Assembly (NCBI GenBank): GCA_019090315.1
Contig: JAHRWD010000084.1
Coordinates: 387-64,386 of the forward strand
DNA from: Pseudomonadales bacterium
Lineage (GTDB): Bacteria > Pseudomonadota > Gammaproteobacteria > Pseudomonadales > JAHRWD01
DNA: 64,000 nucleotides
Direction of reading: 5' to 3'
The notes under the pieces were generated by a model, which was not told where the DNA came from, ran no database searches, and was given only the letters and a program-made list of their open reading frames with translations. This document shows positions 50,773 to 60,089 of this stretch, one piece after another. The translations under genes and the position numbers were made by a program. The number at the start of each line of letters is the position of its first letter. Position 1 is the stretch's first letter.

Positions 50773-51837
50773 ATGTCTAATGCCATGATTACCGAACAGC
50801 TGCTTGAGACCCGGACTGTCGAAGAGTCTCTGTTTGATTTTTCGAACCGCAGCTGTACTTTGCAAGCGAATGATCTCGGTGGTATTCGTGAACGAATCAA
50901 ACAGTTGCTGGAAGAAAAAGATACCCGGCTGATCGCTCACTACTACACCGATAGTGTAATTCAGGAACTGGCGGATGAAACCGGCGGCTGTGTTTCAGAC
51001 TCGTTGGAGATGGCACGCTTTGGTCGTGATGACTCTGCTGAAAATATGATAGTTGCCGGTGTTCGCTTTATGGGAGAAACCGCAAAAATTCTATCTCCGA
51101 ATAAGCGGGTATTTATGCCCACATTAGACGCAACCTGCTCGCTGGATCTGGGTTGCCCGATTGATACCTTTTCAGCTTTCTGTGATCAGCACCCCGACCG
51201 AACCGTTGTGGTCTATGCCAATACCTCCGCAGCCGTAAAAGCACGCGCCGACTGGGTAGTCACCTCAAGCATTGCTGTTGAACTGATCGAACACCTGATG
51301 GACAACGGCGAAAAAATCCTTTGGGCACCGGATAAACATCTGGGCGGATACCTAAAAGAACAAACAGGCGCAGATATGTTGCTGTGGGACAGCGCGTGTA
51401 TCGTGCATGAAGAGTTCAAGCTCAAAGGGCTACAAGACCTGAAACACGTATACCCCGATGCCGCATTATTAGCGCATCCCGAATCCCCGCGAGATGTACT
51501 GAAAATTGCCGACGTAGTCGGCTCCACCACCCAAATTATCCAGGCCGCACAGCGCATGGATAACCCCGAATTTATCGTCGCCACCGACCGCGCGATCTTC
51601 CACAAGCTACATCAGGTAGCCCCCAATAAAACCTTTATCGAAGCCCCAACCGCCGGAAACGGCGCAACCTGCCGCAGCTGCGCCCATTGTCCATGGATGG
51701 GCATGAACTCACTCGAAACCCTGCTACACGCATTGGAAAACGATGGTGATGAAGTGCATGTTGATCCGGCGTTAGCCGAAAAAGCGATGATTCCACTGCA
51801 ACGTATGCTGGATTTTTCGGCTTCTTTGAATAGTTAA
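50773..51837 (+). CDS. nadA: quinolinate synthase NadA
   Basis: 354 aa; [16 protein letters not shown], and CPWM motifs with three Cys ligands. Confidence 0.9.
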   Translation: MSNAMITEQLLETRTVEESLFDFSNRSCTLQANDLGGIRERIKQLLEEKDTRLIAHYYTDSVIQELADETGGCVSDSLEMARFGRDDSAENMIVAGVRFMGETAKILSPNKRVFMPTLDATCSLDLGCPIDTFSAFCDQHPDRTVVVYANTSAAVKARADWVVTSSIAVELIEHLMDNGEKILWAPDKHLGGYLKEQTGADMLLWDSACIVHEEFKLKGLQDLKHVYPDAALLAHPESPRDVLKIADVVGSTTQIIQAAQRMDNPEFIVATDRAIFHKLHQVAPNKTFIEAPTAGNGATCRSCAHCPWMGMNSLETLLHALENDGDEVHVDPALAEKAMIPLQRMLDFSASLNS

Positions 51838-51908
51838 GGGTTTTTTGTTTTAGTTTAATATCGTTGTTAGAAATACTTAATCCCAAAATACCAACATAAG
51901 GAATTGAT

Positions 51909-52568
51909 ATGACTTTGTTAAAAGAAATTGAACTAAATGGAAAGGAGTTTGAAATTCACCATTTTCTGGGTGTTGTCGTTAACGAAAAAAAATGGAGTGA
52001 GACAGCTGTGAGTGGCGGCGGTGGAGGGGGGCACGGAGGGCATTCAAGGACTGCGCCTGTAGTCAGCAAAACTACTCGACATGATCAATTTATTCTTCAA
52101 AATTACGAAGGTAAAGAGAAATCATTTGAGTTTTCTGATATAAATTTAGCATGCAGAGAGGGGAATACACTAAGTGTGGTCTGGGGTATAAAGAAAGGAA
52201 AAAACGAAGGCCCCTACTGGTGGGTTTATAACCATAACAGTGAAGAATTGTTCCCTACGAAAGCATATTCAAAAATATTTGAACCCCCGTTTTGGATGAA
52301 AACACTGGCTTTTTTATCCGGATTAGTTGTATCAGGTATTTTTGGCTTAGCGTGGTATATGTACATCATATTTTCAGTTTTAGGCGTGATTGGCCATCGA
52401 TTTTTTTATTACGGTCCACAAGGAAATATCTCGGTCAAAAAATTTAAGGAGACAGATGAATTTGATACAATTCTTCAGCTTCTAGATTCGAAAGCAAAGA
52501 AAATTTCTACCAAGGAAGCAGAAAATCCCACAGATGCTATCTCTCATAGTCAACCTCAAGACCACTAG
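51909..52568 (+). CDS. hypothetical two-TM membrane protein with Gly/His tract
   Basis: 219 aa. The soluble N-terminal part contains SGGGGGGHGGHS, followed by two adjacent hydrophobic helices (TLAFLSGLVVSGIFGLAWYMYIIFSVLGVIG). The DNA is AT-rich. I recognise no family. Confidence 0.5.
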   Translation: MTLLKEIELNGKEFEIHHFLGVVVNEKKWSETAVSGGGGGGHGGHSRTAPVVSKTTRHDQFILQNYEGKEKSFEFSDINLACREGNTLSVVWGIKKGKNEGPYWWVYNHNSEELFPTKAYSKIFEPPFWMKTLAFLSGLVVSGIFGLAWYMYIIFSVLGVIGHRFFYYGPQGNISVKKFKETDEFDTILQLLDSKAKKISTKEAENPTDAISHSQPQDH

Positions 52569-52763
52569 TTAGGTGATTTGAGATCGAATGCGCTCTGATT
52601 TCATCACATCAAAGTATCTACGCATTCGAGCTCTCTAACTAGCTGAAAATATTGTGTATTCTGTCTGATAGATTTCCTTATCGTGCAAATGGGTTTCAAC
52701 CAAAGAACAGAAAAATGGAAAGTGATTGGTTGAGAAATTTCAAACGTTTGCAGTCTTTGGCAA

Positions 52764-53054
52764 TTGCCGGAATGGAATTTACCAAAGCCTAGTACTACTA
52801 AAACATGTCCATTCTGCGCAGAAGAAATTAAAGCGCAAGCAATTATCTGCCGGTTTTGCAATCGAGATCAGCCGAAAACTGAAGATAAAAAAGATCCGAA
52901 ACCTGCAAAGATAATCGAAGGATTTTTACCAATAGCTCAATTTTCAGAACATAAAACAATTGATGAAAAAAAGGTTATATCTATGATACGTGATGGGTTC
53001 TATCAGGGGCGTATCATAGAGGGAAAATGGTACGTTCATGAGTCTGAGTTTTAG
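52764..53054 (+). CDS. hypothetical zinc-ribbon protein with C-terminal HTH_17/excisionase-like segment
   Basis: 96 aa with a CPFC-x13-CRFC zinc ribbon. The C-terminal KKVISMIRDGFYQGRIIEGKWYV resembles the short excisionase-type HTH pattern. Confidence 0.5.
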   Translation: MPEWNLPKPSTTKTCPFCAEEIKAQAIICRFCNRDQPKTEDKKDPKPAKIIEGFLPIAQFSEHKTIDEKKVISMIRDGFYQGRIIEGKWYVHESEF

Positions 53055-53065
53055 CTGGTAGAAAT

Positions 53066-53127
53066 GCATAACAAGCACGCAGGTTGGGCTAAGCCTGCGA
53101 AGCTCAACCTGCGCACTGCTGTTATAT
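53066..53127 (+). repeat. attC-like imperfect palindrome (62 bp)
   Basis: GCATAAC opens the element at 53066 and GTTATAT closes it at 53127. The arms ATAACA-AGCA-CGCAGGTTG and CAACCTGCG-CACTGC-TGTTAT pair with unpaired bases. The size and the AAC...GTT polarity match integron 59-base elements. It starts 12 nt after the stop of the zinc-ribbon ORF. Confidence 0.3.
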
Positions 53128-53231
53128 TCTCGTGAGATCTCTTAGTAAATATTGCTGCAAATTTGATCAGTTAGCGGCAACGCTTAATTATGCCTATAAT
53201 GACTATAGTGGATCATTTTAAGGGGTTTGGC

Positions 53232-53501
53232 ATGGAAACAATCAACGCGAGAGAAGCAAAGCAGGGGTTCGGTGAGGTGCTTATGAAGGCGCAGAAAGAG
53301 CCTGTCTGCATCAATAAAAACGGTAAGCCAACGGCCTACATGATATCTGTAGATGAATTCGAAGGATTTCAAGCCTACAGAACTGAGCTTTTGCACAAAA
53401 AACTGGATGAAGGGCTTGCCGATATTAAGGCAGGGCGAGTTGTAGATGGCCCTGAATTCATGGAGAAAATGAGAAAGAAATATTTTGATGGCAACGTATA
53501 A
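53232..53501 (+). CDS. type II antitoxin, Phd/YefM family
   Basis: METINAREAKQGFGEVLMKAQKEPVCINKNGKPTAYMISVDEFE is the classic Phd/YefM N-terminus. The start is moved to ATG 53232, with AAGGGG upstream. Confidence 0.8.
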   Translation: METINAREAKQGFGEVLMKAQKEPVCINKNGKPTAYMISVDEFEGFQAYRTELLHKKLDEGLADIKAGRVVDGPEFMEKMRKKYFDGNV

Positions 53502-53778
53502 ACTTGCACGTGCAGCCAGTGAAGATATTGAAAGTCTCGTTGCTTATACTACAAAAACATGGGGGGTTATCCAGGCTAGCAAGTATTATTCTGGCTTAAC
53601 TAAGCAAGCGCAATTGTTGGCAGAAATGCCAACGCTAGGAGCCTTGTATGCTCCCTATGAGAAATTGAGAGCTTTTCCGTATGAAAGGCATATTTTGTAT
53701 TTTAGTGAAGAATCTCACGGTATAACCATAGCAAGAGTACTTCACCAGGATATGAATCAAGAACTCCATCTACCATAA
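53485..53778 (+). CDS. parE: type II toxin, ParE/RelE family
   Basis: 97 aa; Y.L...A..DIE.L..YT, P.LG, R.F.YE.HILYF, and I.IARVLHQDM. It overlaps the antitoxin by 17 nt. Confidence 0.8.
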   Translation: MMATYKLARAASEDIESLVAYTTKTWGVIQASKYYSGLTKQAQLLAEMPTLGALYAPYEKLRAFPYERHILYFSEESHGITIARVLHQDMNQELHLP

Positions 53779-53874
53779 AGGGTGGCGTCCCGGATAATGG
53801 CATGACCTACAACTCATAGAGCCTAAAATAACTGGATGAGTTTGTAACCCGAAAAAATCGGCGCAGCAATAGCG

Positions 53875-55380
53875 CTACAACGATTCCATCGCTCGCCGCG
53901 ACGCATTCTGTATTTGATTGATCTCTACAATACGTTGCTCTATCACGGCGGTGACAGCAAATTTCTGATCAGCACGTTGCAGGGCAAATTCCAATTGTAC
54001 TTTGGCATCGCTAAAGGCTCCCAATAGCTGGAAATACTCCGCTCGTGCGCGATGCACCCCAAGCTGGTCTCCTGTTAATCCTCGCATCTCTGCCAGTTCG
54101 TACCAGATGTAGGGATCTTTGGGTCTTTTTTTAACGATACGTTCAAGAATTTTTACCGCTGTATTGGGGTTTTTGTTGAAGCGATATGCTCGAACCAGTT
54201 TCATCTCCAATGGGTAATATCCGGGTCGTAGTTCAAGCTGTTCCTGTAAAAGAGTAATCGCCTTTTCAGGTTGGTCGATCATAATTTCCAGCTCAGACTG
54301 TGCAAGCAAATATTCTATTTTTTCAGGATTTATGCGTAGTAATTCAGCCAGCACCTGTTTGGCTTGTTCATGTTTTTCGGCCTTGTCATAGGCCAGCATG
54401 AGCCCATATAGATCAGTCTCGGGGTAGGGTGATATGCCTTCATCTACTTTCGCGCGGTAGTATTTAACTAGTTCTCCTGGGTTTTGCACGGTGAGTACTT
54501 TCAGGCGGGCTTTTATGATGTGGTATTGCAGTGTGTCGCGTATGTAGGAGGCGCGTTTGGGATACTGTTCGGCGCGGTTGCGGGTGTCTGCAATTCTGGA
54601 TTCGGTTAGCGGGTGAGTCAGCATGAATTCTGGCGGATTCTGGCCTGAGAAACGTTTGGTTCGTAACATCCGCTCAAACATCATCGGCATCGACATTGGA
54701 TCGTAGTTGGCTTTTTGGAGTGTGACCAGTCCAAGCCGATCCGCCTCTGCTTCGTTTTTACGGCTGAATCGTAGATACTGATCCTGCATCATAGCCTGAG
54801 TTGTTGCGAGTGCTGCAAAGCCGGCATCACCACCAACGGTTGCCATAAGCAGAATGCTGGCCAGCATCGCCGCTAGCGCTGGAACCTGGTTGTCTCTGGA
54901 TTCCTCAATGCCCCTGGCAAAATGGCGTTGGCTGAGGTGAGCCAGCTCGTGAGCAAGAATTGACGCAAGTTCCGCTTCTGTTCGTGCGTATCGAAAGGTA
55001 CCTGTATTTAGCCCCAGTACGCCACCCGGAACGGCGAACGCATTCAGATCATCGTTATCAACGATGACCAGTTCCAGTGGCCAGTTTCCCAATCCGCTAC
55101 TGGGAACCAGTCGATAGACCAGTGTTTCAAGATACTGAACCACGATGGGATCATTCAGCGTTGCGACCTGTCGTCGAAACTGCCGAAGCCAGGCACGGCC
55201 AAGCCAGTATTCCTGCATGGGCGATACGATGCCCGAACTCATATCTCCGAGAGAGGGCAGGTTCGGTTCCTTTGTCGGACTGGTGTTTGCGATGCTCCAG
55301 CTCACCGGGATAAACAGGCACAGCAAAAATGTAAGGAGTAGTGAGGGATGGAAACGACGCCTGATAAGTCTGCTATTCAT
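53875..55380 (-). CDS. bepA: M48 family metalloprotease with TPR domain (BepA/YfgC-like)
   Basis: 501 aa with a signal peptide, the HELAHLSQRH zinc motif, and a TPR-like C-terminal half. Confidence 0.8.
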   Translation of the reverse strand: MNSRLIRRRFHPSLLLTFLLCLFIPVSWSIANTSPTKEPNLPSLGDMSSGIVSPMQEYWLGRAWLRQFRRQVATLNDPIVVQYLETLVYRLVPSSGLGNWPLELVIVDNDDLNAFAVPGGVLGLNTGTFRYARTEAELASILAHELAHLSQRHFARGIEESRDNQVPALAAMLASILLMATVGGDAGFAALATTQAMMQDQYLRFSRKNEAEADRLGLVTLQKANYDPMSMPMMFERMLRTKRFSGQNPPEFMLTHPLTESRIADTRNRAEQYPKRASYIRDTLQYHIIKARLKVLTVQNPGELVKYYRAKVDEGISPYPETDLYGLMLAYDKAEKHEQAKQVLAELLRINPEKIEYLLAQSELEIMIDQPEKAITLLQEQLELRPGYYPLEMKLVRAYRFNKNPNTAVKILERIVKKRPKDPYIWYELAEMRGLTGDQLGVHRARAEYFQLLGAFSDAKVQLEFALQRADQKFAVTAVIEQRIVEINQIQNASRRAMESL

Positions 55381-55579
55381 TCAATGTGGAACAAAGGTGG
55401 AATAAATTGTTGTAAGGATGATTGTGTACCATAGCACGGGATTCGACATGTGCTATGTGACAACGGTTTTGATGATTGATTCATCGGACTGTTTTGCGGG
55501 TCAGATTTTTAGCGCCACAACCTGCTCGTAGCTTCTATATACTGGTGAAATTTATACGCTCAGGCTGGAAAACGACATC

Positions 55580-55819
55580 ATGGCATCCGAAATGGAACCG
55601 ACTGAAGAGCTGGATTTTTCGGGTCTTACCTGTCCGTTGCCGCTATTGAAAACCAAATTAGCGCTAAATAAATTGCCCTCCGGTGCGCGCATTCAAGTGC
55701 AGGCAACAGACCCTGGATCAGTCCGGGATTTTCAGGTGTTTGCTGAACAGAGCCAATACCAGCTGGAACGTTGGTGGCAAGATGGCGAGTTTTATTTTTA
55801 CCTGCTATTTAAACCCTAG
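55580..55819 (+). CDS. TusA/SirA family sulfurtransferase-like protein
   Basis: 79 aa; LDFSGLTCPLPLLKTK contains the CPxP active-site motif. Confidence 0.75.
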   Translation: MASEMEPTEELDFSGLTCPLPLLKTKLALNKLPSGARIQVQATDPGSVRDFQVFAEQSQYQLERWWQDGEFYFYLLFKP

Positions 55820-55861
55820 CCTGCAAAGCTCTCACCCTATCTATCTAAATTAGAGATTCCT

Positions 55862-56932
55862 ATGTTCGACACGGTTCGTAAGTGGGCAAACCACTATTTT
55901 CAGGATGAAGAAGCGCTACTACTGTTAGCACTGATAGCTGGCGCAATGTTGATGATCGCAGTGCTGGGCCAGGTGCTGATTCCATTTTTCGCCAGCATAG
56001 TGGTTGCCTATCTACTGCAGGGGTTGATCAACAGCCTGCTCAAGCGAAAGGTTCCCTACTGGATTGCGTTTACCGCCTGCTATCTCCTTTTTCTGGGTAT
56101 TCTAACGGTACTGATTTTTCTGGTGCTGCCCCTTGCATGGAACCAACTGGCGCAACTATTTACCGCGCTGCCCAATATGTTTATCAAAGGGCAGGCGGTT
56201 CTTACTCAATTCCCTGTAGATCACCCGGACCTGCTATCTGTTCAGCAACTGGAACAGTGGATGGAGCTGGCTCAAAAGGAGGTGGGTGCGTTTGGTCAGA
56301 AACTGCTATCAATCTCCTTTGCACTGCTTCCGAATCTGGTGAATATATTGGTCTATCTGGTATTGGTGCCGGTACTGGTGTTTTTTCTGTTGAAGGATAG
56401 AACCGATCTAACCCATTGGCTGGTTGCGCGGCTGCCGGAGGAGCGACCGTTGCTTAATCGTATCTGGAGTGAGATGGACCAACAGCTTTCAAACTATGTA
56501 CAGGGCAAGGTACTAGAAATTATCATTACCGGAGCCGCAACCTTTGTGCTGTTTGTTTCACTGGGTTTGCACTACGCAGCATTGCTAGCATTGCTGGTAG
56601 GTCTTTCAGTGGTAGTGCCGTATATCGGTGTGGCTATTGTTACTATTCCGGTGATGCTGATTGGCTATTTTCAGTGGGGCTTTACCGATGCCTTTGTTTA
56701 TTTGCTGATAGGTCATGGGGTTGTACAGATGCTGGATGGTCAGGTATTGGTGCCGTTGCTGTTTTCAGAAGCGGTAAACCTGCACCCCGTTGCCATCATT
56801 CTAGCGGTATTGGTGTTCGGTAGTTTCTGGGGTTTATGGGGCGTGTTTTTTGCCATTCCGTTGGCCACCTTTATCAAGGCAATTATGACCTCATGGCCAA
56901 AGGCGATAAAACAGGTACAGGAAGAGAGCTAA
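55862..56932 (+). CDS. AI-2E family transporter (PerM/YdiK-like permease)
   Basis: 356 aa with about 8 TM helices. The conserved C-terminal segment is LHPV.IILA.L.FG..WG..GVFFAIPLA. Confidence 0.8.
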   Translation: MFDTVRKWANHYFQDEEALLLLALIAGAMLMIAVLGQVLIPFFASIVVAYLLQGLINSLLKRKVPYWIAFTACYLLFLGILTVLIFLVLPLAWNQLAQLFTALPNMFIKGQAVLTQFPVDHPDLLSVQQLEQWMELAQKEVGAFGQKLLSISFALLPNLVNILVYLVLVPVLVFFLLKDRTDLTHWLVARLPEERPLLNRIWSEMDQQLSNYVQGKVLEIIITGAATFVLFVSLGLHYAALLALLVGLSVVVPYIGVAIVTIPVMLIGYFQWGFTDAFVYLLIGHGVVQMLDGQVLVPLLFSEAVNLHPVAIILAVLVFGSFWGLWGVFFAIPLATFIKAIMTSWPKAIKQVQEES

Positions 56933-56951
56933 CAAAATCCAATATGTTTCT

Positions 56952-57551
56952 TTAGTCGTGGGCTGATTCCTGCTCGGTAAGCTCGGCCAGTGAATTGATG
57001 TTGATAAAGCTTGACGCCGCATCGTTGAACAACACCCTGGTTACCGATTGAGTCTTTAGCCAGCCGTGGACAGAGCGCTGACCAGTTTCAAGATATTGCT
57101 GGATGGAAGGCCGGCATTCAACCGGAAGGATCATCACCAAAACCTGAAGCTGCTGCCCGTCATCGGCCACTGTGATAATCCCATCATCAGCGCAATCTAC
57201 AATCGGTTGCCATAATCGCCCAATCAAATCCTCTGGCAGCAGCGGCATATCGCAGGGTATTACCAGCATATAGGGTGTTGTGCATGCCGATAGTCCCGCA
57301 TCAATTCCCGCCAACGGCCCTGCAAAATCTGATTGTTGGTCACGAACCAGTGGGTAGCCAAATTGTTGGTATTGTTCAAAATTTCGATTGCAGCTGATCG
57401 ATATTGATTCAAGTTGCGGGCTGAATCGGTCGATCAAATAACTCACCAGTGGTTTTTTGTTAAACAGCAGCAAGCCCTTATCCTGCTCCTGCATACGTGT
57501 AGCACGGCCACCAGCAAGAATGAGGGCGCTGAGTTCTGCTGTTTTTTTCAT
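56952..57551 (-). CDS. mobA: molybdenum cofactor guanylyltransferase MobA
   Basis: 199 aa; LILAGGRATRM, DKGL, GPLAGI, and PCDMP motifs. Confidence 0.85.
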   Translation of the reverse strand: MKKTAELSALILAGGRATRMQEQDKGLLLFNKKPLVSYLIDRFSPQLESISISCNRNFEQYQQFGYPLVRDQQSDFAGPLAGIDAGLSACTTPYMLVIPCDMPLLPEDLIGRLWQPIVDCADDGIITVADDGQQLQVLVMILPVECRPSIQQYLETGQRSVHGWLKTQSVTRVLFNDAASSFININSLAELTEQESAHD

Positions 57552-57672
57552 CTATTTAAATCTGGATTTGGCAAGCTGGGGTTCAGTTTGCTGATTACAG
57601 CGCACGCATGCCATATAATGCCGCATGCTTATTGTTGTCAGCGCTTGTTTACTTCGAATGTACGGAATATAG

Positions 57673-58146
57673 ATGTCAGTTTATCAGGTTGAAAAATTGA
57701 TGGAAGAAACCCGTAGGGTTGCGGCGGAGTTCCGCAAAGCTACCGGGCAGACTTTACCCGTAGGCCCTGAGCTGGCGCGTTTTGATGCGATTCGATTGCT
57801 GAATCTGGACTCGCCTCCAGAAGGGCTTTCGGGTGTTGATGCGATTTCCAGCGATGATTTGTGTTATCAAATAAAAAACCGCGTGGTATTTGACGATAGC
57901 AAAGGCGGTCATCGAATTGGTCAGCTTAACTTTGATGGTGACTGGAATGTGTTGCTGCTGGTATTGCTCGACGAAGAATACAACACCGTAGAAATTTACC
58001 AAATGGACCGTGATACCGCTGTTGAAGCGGTCGATGAGCTCAAAAATGATACCCGTAAAAAACGCGGTCCGATCTCTGTAGCCAAATTCAAAGCTCTCGG
58101 AAACCTGGCCTGGTGTGTTGATCAGGGCCTGCTGAATGGAACATAG
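57673..58146 (+). CDS. hypothetical protein, possible PD-(D/E)xK (Mrr-like) nuclease fold
   Basis: 157 aa. An N-terminal helix is followed by GVDAISSDDLCYQIKNR (Asp ... Q-x-K), reminiscent of the Mrr_cat GIDg...vQcK core. Its stop overlaps the yoaA start by 11 nt. Confidence 0.45.
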   Translation: MSVYQVEKLMEETRRVAAEFRKATGQTLPVGPELARFDAIRLLNLDSPPEGLSGVDAISSDDLCYQIKNRVVFDDSKGGHRIGQLNFDGDWNVLLLVLLDEEYNTVEIYQMDRDTAVEAVDELKNDTRKKRGPISVAKFKALGNLAWCVDQGLLNGT

Positions 58147-60070
58147 CAGCAGCGCCGAAGTACTTTCAAACGGTGGCGTATTTGATCAACAACTAGAGGG
58201 CTTTGAAGCCCGTGCCGAGCAACAAACCCTTGCCGCATCGGTAGAGCAGGCTCTGCAGGATCAATCAATTCTGGTAGCCGAAGCGGGTACCGGTACCGGT
58301 AAAACCATTGCCTATTTGGTGCCAGCATTGCTCTCTGGATTGCGCACTATTATCTCCACTGGTACCAAAAACCTTCAGGATCAGCTGTTTCTGCGAGACC
58401 TGCCAAGGGTGCAGGAAATTTTGGGTGTCACCGTCAGTACCGCATTGCTGAAAGGTCGCGCTAATTATCTGTGCCCGCACCGCTTACGAATCTGGATGGA
58501 AGAGGTGCAGTTTGTCACCGACCGTGACGAGTTATTGCAGATAGCCGATTGGGCTGAATACACAAAAACCGGTGATTTCTCCGAGCTATCCTCTATTCCT
58601 GAAGATGCGCCGATACTCGCGAAGGTAACCAGCAGTAACGATAACTGCCTGGGTCAAAAATGCCCGGACATCGCCAAGTGCCCCCTGTTAAAAGCCCGTC
58701 AGAAAGCACAAAAAGCCGATCTGGTGGTGGTGAATCACCATCTGTTTATGGCGGATCTGGTGCTCAAGGATCAGGGCTTTGGTGAGCTATTACCGGCAGC
58801 GGATGCGGTGATTATGGATGAGGCCCATCAAATTCCGGATGTGGCGAGTCGCTTTTTCGGCGAATGGATCTCCAGCCGACAGCTACAGGATCTGGCGGGT
58901 GATAGCCTTAGTGTTGCGCTTCAGGATGCGGCGGATGATAGCGCATTGATGGAGGCCGCAGAGGTATTGAGTACCGGTTTGGCCTCGTTCCGGCTAGCAT
59001 TTGGCGCAACCGGGCAGCGTGACCAATGGGATAAATTTTATTCCGAGCCGGAGGTGCAGCGGTCGATTGAAAACACCGGGTACAATCTGGCCGATCTGGT
59101 AAAACGTTTGAAGGATGCTAGCGTCCGCTCGGAGGATCTGGATCACTGTTATCAGCGTGCCCAGCAACTCAACGCCAGCTTTAAAAAGCTCACGGTCGAG
59201 CTAATTGAAGGGCAGATCCACTGGGTGGAAACCCATAAAAAATCGGTCTCGATTCACCTTACGCCGCTTTCAGTTGCGGAGCCTTTTAGCGCTGCGATTA
59301 TCGAATACGATTGCGCCTGGGTGTTTACTTCTGCCACTCTGGCGGTGGGAGACGATTTCTCCTATTTTGATGGTCAGCTAGGGCTGTTTCCGGAAAACTG
59401 CGGCCGTCCGGTTCGGGATCTATTACTCGGTAGCTCCTATGACTATCCACAGCAGATGCTATGTTATCTGCCGGATTCAATGCCACAACCATCGGATCAA
59501 GATTTCACACAAAAATTTATCGAGGCCGCGTTGCCGGTACTTGAAGCCAGCCGTGGCAGGGCATTTCTATTGTTCACCAGTCATCGTGCGTTGCGGGAAG
59601 CGGCAAAGTTGCTGGAGGAATGGACCGATTACCAGCTATTCGTTCAGGGCGATGCCTCCAAACGAGCGCTGATTGATGGCTTTGTTGATGCAGATAATGC
59701 CTTGCTACTGGGCACCACAAGTTTCTGGCAGGGGGTGGATATTCAGGGTGAAGCACTTTCCTGCGTGTTGATCGACAAACTACCCTTTGTTTCCCCTGGT
59801 GATCCGGTGGTGCAATCACGATTAAATGCGCTGCGTGATCAGGGGCAAAATCCCTTTGGTACCTATCAGATCCCGCAGGCGGTTATTAGCCTGAAACAGG
59901 GGGTAGGGCGGCTGATTCGGGGTGTTCATGATCGGGGAGTGTTGATGATTGGTGATCCGCGTCTGAAGAGCAAATCCTACGGCAAAACCTTTATAAGGAG
60001 CTTGCCGAATGCGAGGTACAGCTCAGAGATAGACGATGTAAGCCAGTTTTTTAAACGTAACGCCGGCTAA
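58136..60070 (+). CDS. yoaA: ATP-dependent DNA helicase YoaA (DinG/XPD family, Fe-S)
   Basis: 644 aa, colinear with E. coli YoaA as I recall it (EAGTGTGKT, LLKGR.NYLC, TS.NDNCLG..CP....C...KAR, VVNHHLF.AD, DEAHQ.PD, FTSATL, DKLPF.SP.DP, LKQGVGRLIR...DRGVL). Confidence 0.85.
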   Translation: MEHSSSAEVLSNGGVFDQQLEGFEARAEQQTLAASVEQALQDQSILVAEAGTGTGKTIAYLVPALLSGLRTIISTGTKNLQDQLFLRDLPRVQEILGVTVSTALLKGRANYLCPHRLRIWMEEVQFVTDRDELLQIADWAEYTKTGDFSELSSIPEDAPILAKVTSSNDNCLGQKCPDIAKCPLLKARQKAQKADLVVVNHHLFMADLVLKDQGFGELLPAADAVIMDEAHQIPDVASRFFGEWISSRQLQDLAGDSLSVALQDAADDSALMEAAEVLSTGLASFRLAFGATGQRDQWDKFYSEPEVQRSIENTGYNLADLVKRLKDASVRSEDLDHCYQRAQQLNASFKKLTVELIEGQIHWVETHKKSVSIHLTPLSVAEPFSAAIIEYDCAWVFTSATLAVGDDFSYFDGQLGLFPENCGRPVRDLLLGSSYDYPQQMLCYLPDSMPQPSDQDFTQKFIEAALPVLEASRGRAFLLFTSHRALREAAKLLEEWTDYQLFVQGDASKRALIDGFVDADNALLLGTTSFWQGVDIQGEALSCVLIDKLPFVSPGDPVVQSRLNALRDQGQNPFGTYQIPQAVISLKQGVGRLIRGVHDRGVLMIGDPRLKSKSYGKTFIRSLPNARYSSEIDDVSQFFKRNAG

Positions 60071-60089
60071 CGGCAAAAATAGACAGCTA

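Noticed and set aside
52565-52640. Imperfect inverted repeat after the 219-aa membrane-protein gene (TTAGGTGATTTGAGATCGAATGCG ... CGCATTCGAGCTCTCTAA), considered as another attC site.
   Set aside because: The box polarity is GTT...AAC on both strands, the opposite of attC (AAC...GTT). The loop is 28 nt and there is no U-run, so it is only a generic hairpin.
53809-53845. Short AAC...GTT hairpin after parE (ACAACTCAT / ATGAGTTTGT with one bulged base), considered as a second attC.
   Set aside because: At about 37 bp it is too short for an attC, and the R-box matches are poor. It is mentioned only as weak context for the attC-like finding.
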